Positions 22,331-34,952 of a DNA stretch of 64,000 nt are shown here, one piece after another. The number at the start of each line of letters is the position of its first letter. The stretch's first letter is position 1. The stretch spans positions 58,220,853 to 58,284,852 of the forward strand of contig NC_054742.1 in the NCBI RefSeq assembly GCF_018143015.1, in the 5' to 3' direction. The translations under genes and the position numbers were made by a program. The notes below the pieces were generated by a model that was not told the DNA's origin, searched no databases, and was given only the letters and a program-made list of their open reading frames with translations. This stretch comes from Lytechinus variegatus (lineage: Eukaryota).

Positions 22331-22605
22331 ATTTGTATACTAATTATTTTCTTTACTTTGTAAAATGAAAATTTCATTCATTAACAGTTCACCTGACCAT
22401 ATTGACTAAATGGTGTTACCAAATGGATGTTAGATGAAATGGGGAAGGAATAACTAGAAATTAAACAATATAGTTAACGGGTGACATGGCAATTACATCA
22501 AATGGTCAGTAGACAATTGGAGATAAAGTAGGATTTAGACCTTGCGGTTTGAGACCTAACGGAAGGTACACAAAGCGGGTGTAGACCAAGTGGCTCTTCA
22601 TCCCA

Positions 22606-22887
22606 TTAATCATCAAACGAGATTCCACCAATACTAAGATGCATCTTCTCATGTTTCTTCAAGATCCACTTTTCACTCAGCGGTTTATCACACACGCTGC
22701 AGACGTAGGGTTTGTAGCCGGTGTGGGTGCGTTCGTGCCGCTTCTTGTTACTGCTGCTGTAGAAACGTTTATTGCAATATTGACACATGTAGGGTTTTTC
22801 TCCTGTGTGAACACGCTCGTGCTTCTTCAGCTGGTTCGCTACCTTGAATGCCTTGTCACACATGGAGCACGGGAATGGGAACTCTCC
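22606..22887 (-). CDS. Terminal exon of the same zinc-finger gene: three further TGEKP-linked C2H2 fingers, then the stop. Peptide: (G)EFPFPCSMCDKAFKVANQLKKHERVHTGEKPYMCQYCNKRFYSSSNKKRHERTHTGYKPYVCSVCDKPLSEKWILKKHEKMHLSIGGISFDD*
   Basis: Minus-strand acceptor ttttacag (plus 22888-22895). Phase-1 continuity with the upstream donor gives the canonical HTG-E.P linker. Matches ORF track 22606..22863. TAA stop at 22606-22608 on the plus strand. A minus-strand AATAAA lies about 300 nt downstream. Confidence 0.8.
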   Translation of the reverse strand, partial: GEFPFPCSMCDKAFKVANQLKKHERVHTGEKPYMCQYCNKRFYSSSNKKRHERTHTGYKPYVCSVCDKPLSEKWILKKHEKMHLSIGGISFDD

Positions 22888-23566
22888 TGTAAAAGGATAT
22901 CAAGAAACAGGCCCAGGGTTATCACCACCACTTTAATCTACATTTGCCGTATCATTATTACCACAATGACCTACATTTTCAGATATCCATTTTATTTCTA
23001 CACATTAATTCTTTTAAAAAGGATCTTTTGTTTGGAAAATTTATTGATCATTTTAATAATACTTTTCAATATTATTTCAAAATGTGCATTTTTATTATGC
23101 AATGCAAAGAAAAAAAGGAAACTGTTTTTTTGGAGAAAAATATCACAAACATTGAACATGTTTTGACTATGAATTTGACACTAATATTAAATGACTTCCT
23201 TCTTTGATTTGAGATTAAATAAATCATAATTCAATAAACAATAAATACTGAGGCCTGTCAAAAGCATATTGGTTTTGAGATTGAAATTCCAAACTCTTGC
23301 TTATATCATAGAAGCTCTTGCTCATATCATGACAATTAGGATAAGATCTTTTGTAGTCCTGTCATGTAATTTTTCCAAGGAAAATTTTCTCAGACCAATT
23401 TTCACATGCTTGGAAGTATACCATAAATTTTGGACACAATTTTCTTGGAATAAGTTTTGCAATTCACCAATACGACAGTTTGGATGATCGCCGATAAAAC
23501 TGGCATCTTTAGATAATCTTGAAATAAGTCTGTAGTAAATCCATTCATGTGAGATCTCAAACTTAC

Positions 23567-26500
23567 CTGTATGAATTTTCTTATGCTCCTCAAGCAGCTC
23601 CTCATGAACAAAGTCTTTCCCACATAGCTTGCAGGAGAAGAGATCTGTCTTGGGTTGTACCGGTGACTGCTTATTTTTGGAAGGTCCACCTGTAGAAGCA
23701 GAGGCTGTTTTGGGCTTGGCTTCACTTTTGATTTCAACTTTGACCTTTTGCAAGGGAGTTTTCACAGGACCTTTGGCATGGACGGAATTTGAATTTGCCT
23801 TCATCTCTGCTCCCCCTTCAGATTCCTTTGGGCGCACTGCAGATTTTTCTTTCTTGGTATCCTCAGTAATGGTCAGTTTTCTAATTTTTCCAGGCTGAAT
23901 GGGCTTGGCTTCCTTCAGGTCATCAGCTACGATAAAAATTTCAGTTGAACTTTTCCTTTTGACAGAGCTTGGAACTGGATCCTTATGGGATTTATAGTGA
24001 CGCACTATGTCTGCTTTCCTCTTGTATGATTTGTCACAGACTAGGCAAATAAACATCCCAGACTTTACATGAGACAATTCATGTAGCTTGACCAGTTCTT
24101 CGTTTTGGAATGATTGTCGGCAAATGGAACACATTTTTGGCTGATTAGCATGGGTAGATTTGAAGTGGGCTTGCATATCTTGTTCAGTTTCAAACTCTAA
24201 AATACAGGATGAACACTTGACTTTATTCATAGTAGGGGCAAAGGTTATTGCAAGCTTCTTAAACTTAGTAGGCAATGGCTTTCTCTTGGCTTTACTGCTT
24301 TCATCAGGTGTAGGTTCGGGAGGAGCTTGCTTTGCTCTCTTCGCTTCCAAGCAGTGTTTACAAGAGCACTTCCCGGACCGACATGTCTTTGAAAATATCC
24401 TCTTTTTAGCTTTTCTGGCTTCAGAAACAGGAGATGATTGATTTTCTTCAGACTCCAGGGCTCTCACCTCTGCCTCATCAAAGTTATCTTGACTTTGCAA
24501 GTGATGGTCTGAGGCATCTCCCATTTGGCCTTCAGCTCCATTCTCTTCTGGAACGTGGTCCATCTCCGGAGCCATTACTTTTTCTTCAACAACTACCTGA
24601 ACCTCTTCATTAATGGCTTTCTCTCCATCATCCACACAGCTGGACACACCAGTTTGGTCAACAGTCAGAGGCACTTTCAAGATTTCTCCTTCTGGAGTCG
24701 TGACTGGAATTGCCACCACACCTTCCCCGATAGTTTCGGACATCTTTAATATCTCCTGCAATATCATATTGGCTGTTTCTTCGTCGGCTGGCTGAGCAGT
24801 CACTGCAAGTTGCGCAATGCTTTGCTGTGGATCCTTTGTTTGAATAGTCAAGGATTGTGACGGTGTATCAATTTTATTTTCATTCTCCAGCTTCTGTGAG
24901 GAAACATCTGCACTTCCCCTACTAGTGTTGTCAGCTGCTTCGACATTTACATCAGAGGGTACCAATTCAGGTGCAGATTCTTTCACTCTGAAATCATTGA
25001 CATCCTTGCACATCTCTGAATCATCCAATACAATGATATCATTGTCTTCTGCAGATCCCTCATCTATCATCAGTTTACCATCCTCTTGATCTGACAATGC
25101 ATCATCATCATCATGAACCCTTTCCACTTTTGAATCAGCTTGCTTGGTTGCATGAGTTATATCATCAAATTCTTTGGAAGGTATAACTTCTATTCTCTCT
25201 TGTGGTGCATTGTCAGGTTCACTTACATTCAGAGAATTGGCATTATCTACTTGATTGGTATCACCACCATCTGGAGTATCTTTGTCATCTTGCATTTCTT
25301 GTGAGGTTGCCAGGGTCAAGATGGGTGCATCAATCTCTGCCAGATTTTCACCTTCAAGGACCGGAACCTCTCCTGCAGAAAGAGAACGTTCTAATACAGG
25401 TATTTCCATGTCCTCTTCATCAATCTTCTCAACCAGTTGATCACTAATCTTGCCAATGACTTTCGACACCTCTTCCATTTCTTTCCGAACAGTCTGAACT
25501 CTTTCTTCAATGGGTACAGTATCATCTTCCCTCTCAAGCTTCTCCAAACTGTCTGATTCTCTGCTCATCTGATCAACTTTCTGTCCTTCCTGTGTTTCAT
25601 TGGGGGTCGAGTCAATTCCCGCATCTTCAGAATCCATGCTTGTTTCAGGCTGTGAATCCTTGAGTTGTAGAACTTCGCCGCTGGATAGTTGCCTTTCATC
25701 ACTTTGTTGTATTGATGCTTCTCTAACTCTTTCTTTCTGGTCAGTTACTCCATCTGGCATTATCACAGAATCATCATCTCCAACTTGAACGCTTTCAACA
25801 CTTTCAGTATCCTTTGCAGGAAGGACTTCTTCATCTACATTTTCGCTTGCTGTACTTTTACCATCTTCAAAGGTGCTTTCAGATCTTTCTGGTAAGCTTT
25901 CCAACACACTTTCTGCTGCAATGGTGTCTTTGTGGTCTGTGTAAATATCTGAAAGAACTGTTGACTCAATGGCATTGCTGTCTTGATTTTTATCCACTGA
26001 TAAATCCTGGATAGGCTCCTCATCATTATTCATGGATGACACCTCCTTGTACTCTAATACACCTGTAACCATTTCAGAAGAGTCCTGATCTTTTGATATT
26101 TCTGATTCTTTCTCTCTTGAACACTCCACATGTCTCTGTTCTTCAAAACTTGCCTGTTCCACTACACGGCTACTGGCATCAGAACTGGTTGATTCCACCC
26201 TTGATTCTTCATTTGATTCTTGGATTTCCTGTTCACCATCAATTTCCATAGCCTCATCAACATCTATGGTCTCATCACTTTGCTTAAGATTTAAATCCGA
26301 CAGTCCAACATCTTGACATATGTTTCCAAGTTCTCGACTGGACCCTTCCTGCAACTCATCAGGGACAGAAGTCACATCAACTGCTGTCAAATCAGCAGCA
26401 ATAGGAATTGACTGCCCAGCTCCATCCTCTTCAATACTATGCATATTTTTGGTCTCAAGATCACTTGCTTCAACATATGAGTCAATGTTTGATGGCTCTA

Positions 26501-29500
26501 AATGAACTTTATTACCACTACCGATTTCTTCACCAGAGACATCCTTTGTCATGTCAGCTCTATCATTATTTTCCTGTGAAGCAAACTCAGTTGCAGCATC
26601 AGATATCTCCAGATTTTTATCAACATCACAAATCGCCTCTTTTCCTTCCATATTAGTAGTGTCAGCAGTGATGTCTCCAGGTTCGAAACTCACCGACTGA
26701 TGAGTTGATAGTTCTTCATTTAATGATTTCTTGGACATTATCGTGGATATTTCAATATCTTCTGACCTTCGAAGGACCACCTCTTCTTCTTTGGAATGTG
26801 GGGTAACAACATCTTCTATGACAGATATTTCCATTTCCATGCCCCTTGATGAAGCAACTGAAGTATCATCCCCAGAACCATCCATCTTGACAGATAAAAC
26901 AGCAGAATCCATAGGTGTAGTTCCCATCAATGCATTTTCACTTCCTACAGACTCAGACACATCAGTGTTCTCCTCTTTCTCAGATATTACTTCAGTGTCT
27001 TTACTGGGATCCAGTATTTCAGCAGAGGACGTACATGAAGGCTCCTTGTTCACAATTTCTTCTGGAGTATCACTCACTGGCTCTTGCTCAGCCATACATT
27101 TATCATCATTGTCTGTCACATAAGATACCCCAGTTGTGATTGTCTCTCTTGCATGACTTAATTCTTCGATCTCTTTACTAGGATCCAGGACTTCTGCAAA
27201 AATCAATGAATGTGAAGACTTGCTTTCCTCGGTTTTCTCTGGAATGTTACTGACAGACTCAGAGACACCTGCAGTACTAGTCTCTACTACCTCGGTTATT
27301 ACTTCAGGGTCTTTACTGCAATCAGATTCTCCTGCAGGTGTATATGATGGCTCTTTGTCCACAACTTCCTCTGGAATATCACTGACTGGCTGAATTCCTG
27401 TACTGCATTCATTTTCATTGTCTGTCACATCAGAAACTTCTGTAGTATTTATCTCATCTGCCTCAACTACATCTCTGATCTCTTTACTGGGATCCAGTGT
27501 TTCTGCAAACAATGTATGTGAAGCCTCATCGTCCTCAATTTGCTCTGGAATGTTACGGTCAAACTCAATCTCAGTGCTGCACCCATTTTCATTGTCTGTC
27601 ACATCAAACACCCCTATTGTCTTTGTCTCTGCTACCTCATTTATTTCTTTGGCGTTGCTACTGGGATCGAGTGCCTCTAAAGACAATGTGCATGAAGGCT
27701 TGTTGTCCACAAGTCCCTCTGGAATATGACTGACAGACTCTATTCCACTGCTACATGTGTTGCTGTTGTCTGCAGCATCAGATTCAGTCGAACATGTGGT
27801 ATGTTCCTCTGCTTTCTCAGTAGATTCTTCAATGTCTTTAACATGATCACACCCTTCTGCAGAGAATGTCAATAAGTGATCCTTATTCCCTGCAATATCA
27901 CTAACTAGCTCAATCTCTGACACACCTGTGGACTTTGCCTCTGCTACATCATTTATTTCATCAATGTCTTTACCCAAAGAGTCTTCTGCAGAAGAAACCT
28001 CCATGTCCTCTGGAATATCACTGACGGACTTCATCTCGGCACTAGATTTACTTTCATTGTCAGCAGCATCAGAAGCCTCTATGTCGTCACACACATCAAC
28101 AACCATGGGAATCTCCTCATTCTCTTCTTCCAGCTGTGAGTCATCTTTCTGGTGTGATTCTAATTCATCAGGATGCACTTCAACACAGATGGTTTCCTGC
28201 AAATGTCCAGAAGGTAATTCACCTCTCTTTTCATCAATAGTTTTTGAAGACTTGCATTCAGTGTCATTAAGAGTGGTTTTTGATTCTCCTTCAAAGTCAC
28301 TTTTTGATATTTCTTCAGATGATTCAAATGCAGCTTCTTTACTCGCCCGACTAGGGTCAAACGTATGACTGTCATCTTGTGATGGATGCATGACACTCGC
28401 ATCTGTTCTACTCTCTTCATAGCTGCTTTCTGAAATTTCTCTAGATGATGATTCTACTATAGCTTCTGTACTAGACTGACTTGGGTCATTAATATGACTA
28501 TCATTTCTTGGTGCATGCATCAATCTTGCATATGTTGTGCTCTCTTGACTAATTACCTGTTGACATGCACTGGTTTCATTTTTACTTGATACTTGAGCCT
28601 CTTCACTGAAAGTCAGTGTATGATACCCAGCTGCTGAGACAGTCTTATCTGTTTCATCATTCTCTAATACAATGTTCTCTTGAATACTTTCACTCGATAC
28701 AGGAGTATCAAGGTTTCTCACCTGCTCTATATCATGGACAATGTCTGTCTCTGAAGATATTTCTATGCTAACCGGATTATCTTCAGAAATACTGCCAACT
28801 GTGACCCCAGAATTTCCAGCCACTGGACCTGAATCTGATCTGCCTTTAACCTCCTCTTGTGATAAACTTATATTTTTGCCCAGATCACATTTAACATCAC
28901 CTGACAGTTCACCTTTGTTCAGAATGATTTCTGGAGTCATTTGTTCATCATCATTGTCAACATCTCCCACAGCAGTTTGGATACCATGGGATTCTGTTAA
29001 TTGCTCTCCTTGCACGTCACTGCTTTCTGCATTTGAATTTTTACTATCAGGCACATGACTAGTATGATCACTGTATTCTGCAGTATCACCATCACATGTT
29101 TCAACAGCCATCTTTTCCTTCTGGTCCAAAGAAACAGGTAATTCAATTCTATTCTCATCTTCTGTATAACCAGAACCAACCTTATCAGCAACATGTTCAC
29201 CAGCTAATCTGTTCCCGTCTTCAACAAGACGTTGCTCATTATCTTCTAAATGTTCAAGTTGCATACTAGTTGATGCATTATTTTCATGCATCTTTTTGAC
29301 ATTGCATGTATTCGATGGTTTCGCCTCTTCTGCCAAACTGTCACTATCATGAGCACTTTGATCCACTATTGTTCTATCGTCTGAATCACATGTATCCTGA
29401 TCACGTAGCAAATCTATTTGTCCTGAAGACATTGCCAGTGGCTTGACTGCAGGGTTTATTGGTGTCTGCTGTACTTGCTCATTTTCATCAAAACTTTCAG

Positions 29501-31713
29501 GTACGTCTTTCAGTGGGTCTGTACCTGAAGACTGGCATTCTTCAATCAATTCTTTCTGCAAAGGCTGCTCGATTTCTGAAGCCAATCCAGACTCAGCAGT
29601 TGTTGTATCACAAGAATAGGTTTTGGCTTCTGCACTGCTTGGCTCAAGTAATGCAATATCTTTATCTTTTACATCACTAGCTTGTGAGTCTGGCGTTATT
29701 GTACAATGTGTGGTTGGAACTGGGTGGACATGCTCTTCCATCTCCTTATCCTTAGCTTGATCTTTTTCACCTTGTTCTTGCTCTTCCTTTGATGCCAAGC
29801 TTGTTCCAGAACATGAACTTGCTTCCATGACTGAGGCATTTGCGATGTTTTCTTGAGACAATAACTGACTTTCAGATTCGTCATCATCCCTTTGATCAGG
29901 TTGATCAATTTCCATTTCTGAAACTTGATCTGTTAATCCCATTTCATCATAACTTATCAAAACATCACTTGTTACTTCTCCACCTGATTCTATAGATGGT
30001 TTTTGATAGACTGCATTAGTGACAACACCTTCATCCTGTAAAATTTCTTCAGGGGTTTTTGCTTGATTCCTCAAGCCTTTCCTCTTCCATATCAGGACCG
30101 CATTCTTGAGACTCTACTGCATCTGAAGATGTTACACTGGAAAGATGATGGGATGCATGTGCTTCAGAATCTTTGCCCAACATTTCAGAAACTAAGCCTG
30201 GGACTACACTTGGGTCTATTGTGTCTACGGATGTTTGGCTGCTGGAGATGTGAAGTGCACTTTCTGTTACATCCATTGGCTCTTCAGATAAAACCATTGG
30301 TTCTATGAATTGTGTTAACTGCTGACCTGGACCATTCGCTGAAGACTGGTTTGGTTGAATCACATCTGTAGAAAGTTCCATAGCCATTTGCCCTCTGTCA
30401 TCATCTACCACGTGAATGCTATCCCGTGGTGTTGCTTCATTTATCTGATTAGTGTCGATGCTTATATCCATTGGAGTACCTTCATACATATTAGACCCAC
30501 GTTCTTCTTGTGTGGAAGTACTTGTCACAAAATCAGAAGACTCATTTCCCAAAACATTTCTTGTTTTATTTAAAACGTTAGTATCCACTGGTGATATCTG
30601 AGCGAGGTCTGTATGATCTGAACCTTGCTGATAAACCTCTTGAACTGTAGAAGTTATGGTATCCTCACCTTGCTTTTTAGTCATAGCAATTTCTGTTTCT
30701 GTTGAGGGCATATCACTAACAAATGCATTTTCACCTGTTGTCATAGGGTCAACTGGCATTGAAGGAACAGCTTCATCATTGGTAATGTCAACGGCTGATG
30801 TATTCACCAACGTATTATCTTCATGAAGTGACTCTGCATGTGAAGGGATATTATGGTCTCCACTGAATGTACTAACAAATTTACTTGAACATGATTCCTG
30901 AGATGGGGAAGCAGATGGTTTAGCTGATTCTTCTCCATCTTCTCCAGTCTCACTTGCACCAATTACCTGGACAACTCCTGGGCTTCCTCTGCAGAGTGCG
31001 TTGTCACCCTGCTCAGCACTTGTACCAGTCTGATCAACGGATTGCATAATCAGTTCCTTGCTGAGTTGTGAGTCAATCTGCACAATACCTTCAGTTTGAT
31101 TACATTCTCCTGCAGAATCCCTGCTATCCTGGACTGATATTTCAGATTTCTGATCATCTGTTGATGAAGAAATAGGGTTTTTATGGACTTCTTGCAATAA
31201 TACCACTACTTCATCCGTGGAGACAGTAGTGCCTGAAGCGGCAAGTTCAGTTAAAGTTTCACCTGGATCTAACGTCTCTGCATCTTCGTGTGTGATCTCT
31301 TGTACTTTAGTAGACATTGTTGGAGTATTCCCCTCTGGATGAGTTTCACTATCAACCACTTCAGATGTAACAGCAGCTGTTGAAGCACCAGAGATCACTC
31401 CCACTGGTTCCAAAGAGGAATGATCTTCCAAATCCACTGGAATCTCTATCCCTACTTTGTTCACTCCATCAACATTACCTTCAGGGTTAACTGGCACATT
31501 CTGATTGGTAAGATCTTCCATGCTTCCTTGAGCTGCATGAATGTCGTCCGGATCCCCAATACACGTGTCCTTGGTACCTCCCGATAGACCAGGATGAACG
31601 GTGGTTTCACACTGATCATTTTTATTTGCAGTGTCTGATTTATTCTCCTCCTCCTCCTCCGTTGTACCTTGTACAGTCAGGTTAAACTGCCCAACTTCAT
31701 TTTCCTGCTCCAT
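23567..31713 (-). CDS. Giant single coding exon of a C2H2 zinc-finger protein (about 2800 aa). The N-terminal roughly 2400 aa are extremely acidic, S/D/E/T-rich and look disordered. Three dispersed C2H2 fingers and the first finger of a terminal tandem set lie at the C-terminal end. An apparent +1 frameshift sits at about 30049-30074.
   Basis: Two long minus-strand ORFs, 30049..31713 (554 aa) and 23322..30074 (2250 aa), overlap by 26 nt in adjacent frames. The C-terminal part carries C-x2-C...H-x3-H motifs (KMCSICRQSF..HELSH, FICLVCDKSY..RHYKSH, FSCKLCGKDF..HKKIHTG). A donor acag|gtaagt follows the HTG codon (plus-strand 23561-23566 is acttac). Confidence 0.75.
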
Positions 31714-32944
31714 TGTCGTTGACTGATAGTTCCTTCACTTGGGTTTATTTCATGAGGGCACTCTGATATGACTTCAGCACTTTTGAAGGACAGCCAAACT
31801 TTTGAAGACAAGAAAAACCATGTGGTATGCTCGGTGTGTAATCTGTTGAAGGGAAACAGAAATACAGAGGCTGACATGAGAAACATGACCATTGATGCTG
31901 CAAGCAAAAGAAAGACATTATTTCTCAGCTAAAATTAAAGAAACAAGAGTGTCGCTGGGGGAGCACATAATATGCCCACCTGTAACATGGAAAATTGAGT
32001 TTTTGGTAAAGCAAGAAGGTGACAACTTGACCTTTTGACCTTAAAATCAATAGGCTTCCTGGGATCCATGCTAGTATCAAACACACCAAATTATATAAGC
32101 CTAAGGTTAAGTTAGACTGAAGTTATCGCGTTTAAAAGGACTTCAGAAGGGGAAGATGATATCATGTCCCTGTGACCTTGACCTTTGACATTTTGACCTC
32201 AAAATCGATAGGCTTCCTGAGATCCATGCTACATGCAGTATCATACACACAAATGAGCCTTAATTAAGTTAAACTGAAGTTATCGCATTCACAAGGATAA
32301 TTTAACAGACGGACGGACACCGAGCGTGATACCATATGTCCCGTCTAGGACGGTGTATAAAAATGACATATAAGGTTTCAAACAAACAGGCATCATTTTA
32401 AGATTAATGTGTACATGTACCTGTGAAATAGATTAAGTCAGTAACCCAAATCACAAAGGTTCATTTTGAATCCGCTTCAAAAAATAATTTATGCAAATTT
32501 AATGCATTAATTCAGTGCATATATTTCAAAAGCATCCGATAATGAATGCATGCTTTGCCACAATACGCTAAATTCATGCCCGTCACTACTATTACTGCAC
32601 TAATAAAACCAAATGTTAAAAGAAAATGAAACTCAATATCTAATATCACATAATATCATTGATAAATACAAAATAAGAAAAATGAATCCACTTATACCCC
32701 AATCCGATTTCCCAGTATGGGGTAATGATAATAGCAGGGCTTGCTGGGAGAACAGTTTTCGGAACTGAAGTGGCTACCCTGGGTAAATATGCCATTATTA
32801 TTATCAGTTTTATTATTACCTCTTTGAAGTTGGGATTCTTCAGGCTCAAAGTTTTTGGATGTAGATCGCCATTTATGCGGGGTTAGTTCAAATCTGTGTC
32901 ATCAGCAACAAACTACACCTCTAGGTTAAGTAGATATGTACATT

Positions 32945-33305
32945 TGCCTATTATAGCTTCTATTTTACCAATAATAAATCGAATATACACATAAAAATTT
33001 AGAAGAAATGTGTCTTATATTAAATTATAGTTTCAAAATACAATTTGATGAATTTTAATGATAAATTTTACACCCTTATCTACGATTTCCAAATTTGCAT
33101 ATTAGTTAATTAGCTCGTGATTAATTCTTGCTAGCTAATTTGCAAATTTGGAAATCGTTGATATGGGTGTAAGATTTATTATAAAAACTCATAAAATTGT
33201 ATTTGGAACTATAATATAATACACACATTTCTAACAATATTTTTATGAGTTTTATGTGTATATTTGATTTATTATTGGTTACATAGAATCTATAATGCGC
33301 AAATG
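32945..33305. repeat. About 360 bp near-perfect palindrome (foldback) centred near 33125.
   Basis: The left arm 32945-33125 is the reverse complement of the right arm 33125-33305 at about 85-90 percent identity. The central core is ccaaatttgcatattagttaattagc / gctagctaatttgcaaatttgg. Confidence 0.65.
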
Positions 33306-33337
33306 TAGATATCTACGTAAAGATGTAGTTACCAAGG

Positions 33338-33351
33338 GCGCATGCGCGAAT
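33338..33351. promoter_or_regulatory. Palindromic GCGCATGCGCG (NRF1-type site) in a small CpG-rich patch (33330-33440). Candidate promoter.
   Basis: Motif seen. CpG density is locally higher than the surroundings. It lies about 1.6 kb upstream of the zinc-finger gene ATG on its 5' side. Confidence 0.3.
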
Positions 33352-34196
33352 TTGGCAGAGTCTAATAATTTTGCTTGAAAATATGTTTTTTTTGCGCACG
33401 CGCCATCTGTACATCGATCAGCCAGTTTTGTTTGCAATTTTGAAAGCGAGTGAACGAACACGGTCTTGCCTTTTATTCCCCTCTTTCAGAGTCTGGCTAC
33501 TGCCTCGATGTCAGGATTATGCTGCCCATCAGACCTTCATCAATATCATGAGAATTGAGGTGGGTGAATGATTTTTTTTCTTTAATCTTGGGTGTTTTGG
33601 TACCCCAACCTCAAATCGAAGGTACTCATGCATGTTAGTATTTGTTACCTGTGGCAGCCTATGCTATGCTATGGTTACCTTCTTGGCTCTCTGACTCTGG
33701 GTTAGAATATCTTCCGTTCAAAATCAAATTCGATCTGACAATGTCAATGTGATTTCTGACATTCTCATTCTGCATGTTCTGATTACCAGTTTATTACCAC
33801 CCAAAAAAAGAAGAAAAATACTTAATATTCACTTGGTCTGGCAGATTTAATGGCGCCTGGGCATTATGACTAACAAATTTGGAGTGAAAATATATATATA
33901 GAAGCAGTACGACAATTTGAACAAACGTAACAACATTTTCATAATTGCAAAGGTAACATTACAAAAATAACAAGGCGTGGGGCCATCATGTAAAATTATA
34001 ATGCAAAATATGCTGCGTTTCGATGGAAAATTGTGTGATAATCCTCAATCATACCTTACCCATCATCCCTCAATCTGTCACACAACAATGTTATTATTTA
34101 CAAGCAGATAAATGACTACAAATTCTGAACAGTTTACCTCGAAAATCAGCAATAATTCTATTCCTCGGATCGGGATCACATCAACAGGGAAATATT

Positions 34197-34225
34197 ACGC
34201 ATGCGCAGAATGACCCAAGCGGAAG
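34197..34225. promoter_or_regulatory. ACGCATGCGCAG (NRF1-like), then 9 bp later CCAAGCGGAAGTA (ETS/GABP-like). This is a classic housekeeping-promoter pairing.
   Basis: Motifs seen. No nearby exon was identified. Confidence 0.25.
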
Positions 34226-34952
34226 TATTATTATACTATAGTACTACAGGATATTTTTTCTTTCCAGGCCCTTTCTTTCTGTACATGTGTTCTCAATGTT
34301 CTTAACAAATATGCAACCAAATGAATTTGTCAAAAAATATATTGAATAATGGTAAATATGATAATATGATAATATTTGCTTATTTTTTGCATCCAAGTGT
34401 GAGCCCAAAAGGGGCCCAATCCCTAATCCGGCCAATATACCTATCATGGTTATAACACGTCTACTTATGAATTTCATGTTTTGGAATTTAAGAATATGCC
34501 ATAAAATTAGCAAAACTGGGGAGATCAGTATTAAATATAACTGTTTTCCCCGCTGGGGTTTAAAAACAAAACACGCAAATAAAAGAAAGAGAAATAGGGG
34601 GAGAGAGGGGGAGGGGCCCCGGGGAGCTAGAAAGTGGATACCATGCGCGACCAAAAAAAAAACACGTAAAAGGGATGGGTTATTTTTCAAAATTGGGCAC
34701 GTTACGTAAGTAAAGTAATAAGGGTGTCAAAAACACTAAAATAATATAAAAAAAAGGTATCTATTTCGCTAGGACGTGTTTATAGGGTCAAATTTGCGAG
34801 GGTATAAAAAAATTAAGACTAAAATGGTAAGAATGTACCTTTCATTTCATATGGCACCCTTATTCCTGATGATCCTATATGTTTGTTTTCAATCTCATCT
34901 CACTTTAACTAGTGAGAAAATGATTTTTCATTGAACAAAGCACGACTGTTTA

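Noticed and set aside
24160-29680. Many 60-146 aa plus-strand ORFs
   Set aside because: They are antisense to the giant minus-strand coding exon. Open antisense frames are expected in a long, compositionally biased ORF.
30040-30080. An intron explaining the ORF1/ORF2 frame change
   Set aside because: The only GT...AG candidate is about 20 nt, far below the minimum intron size. A 1-nt indel is far more likely.
34244-34709. ORFs 34244..34690 (-) and 34446..34709 (+)
   Set aside because: Low-complexity composition (K/R/G or L/F runs), no splice sites, and overlap with A/G-rich simple sequence.
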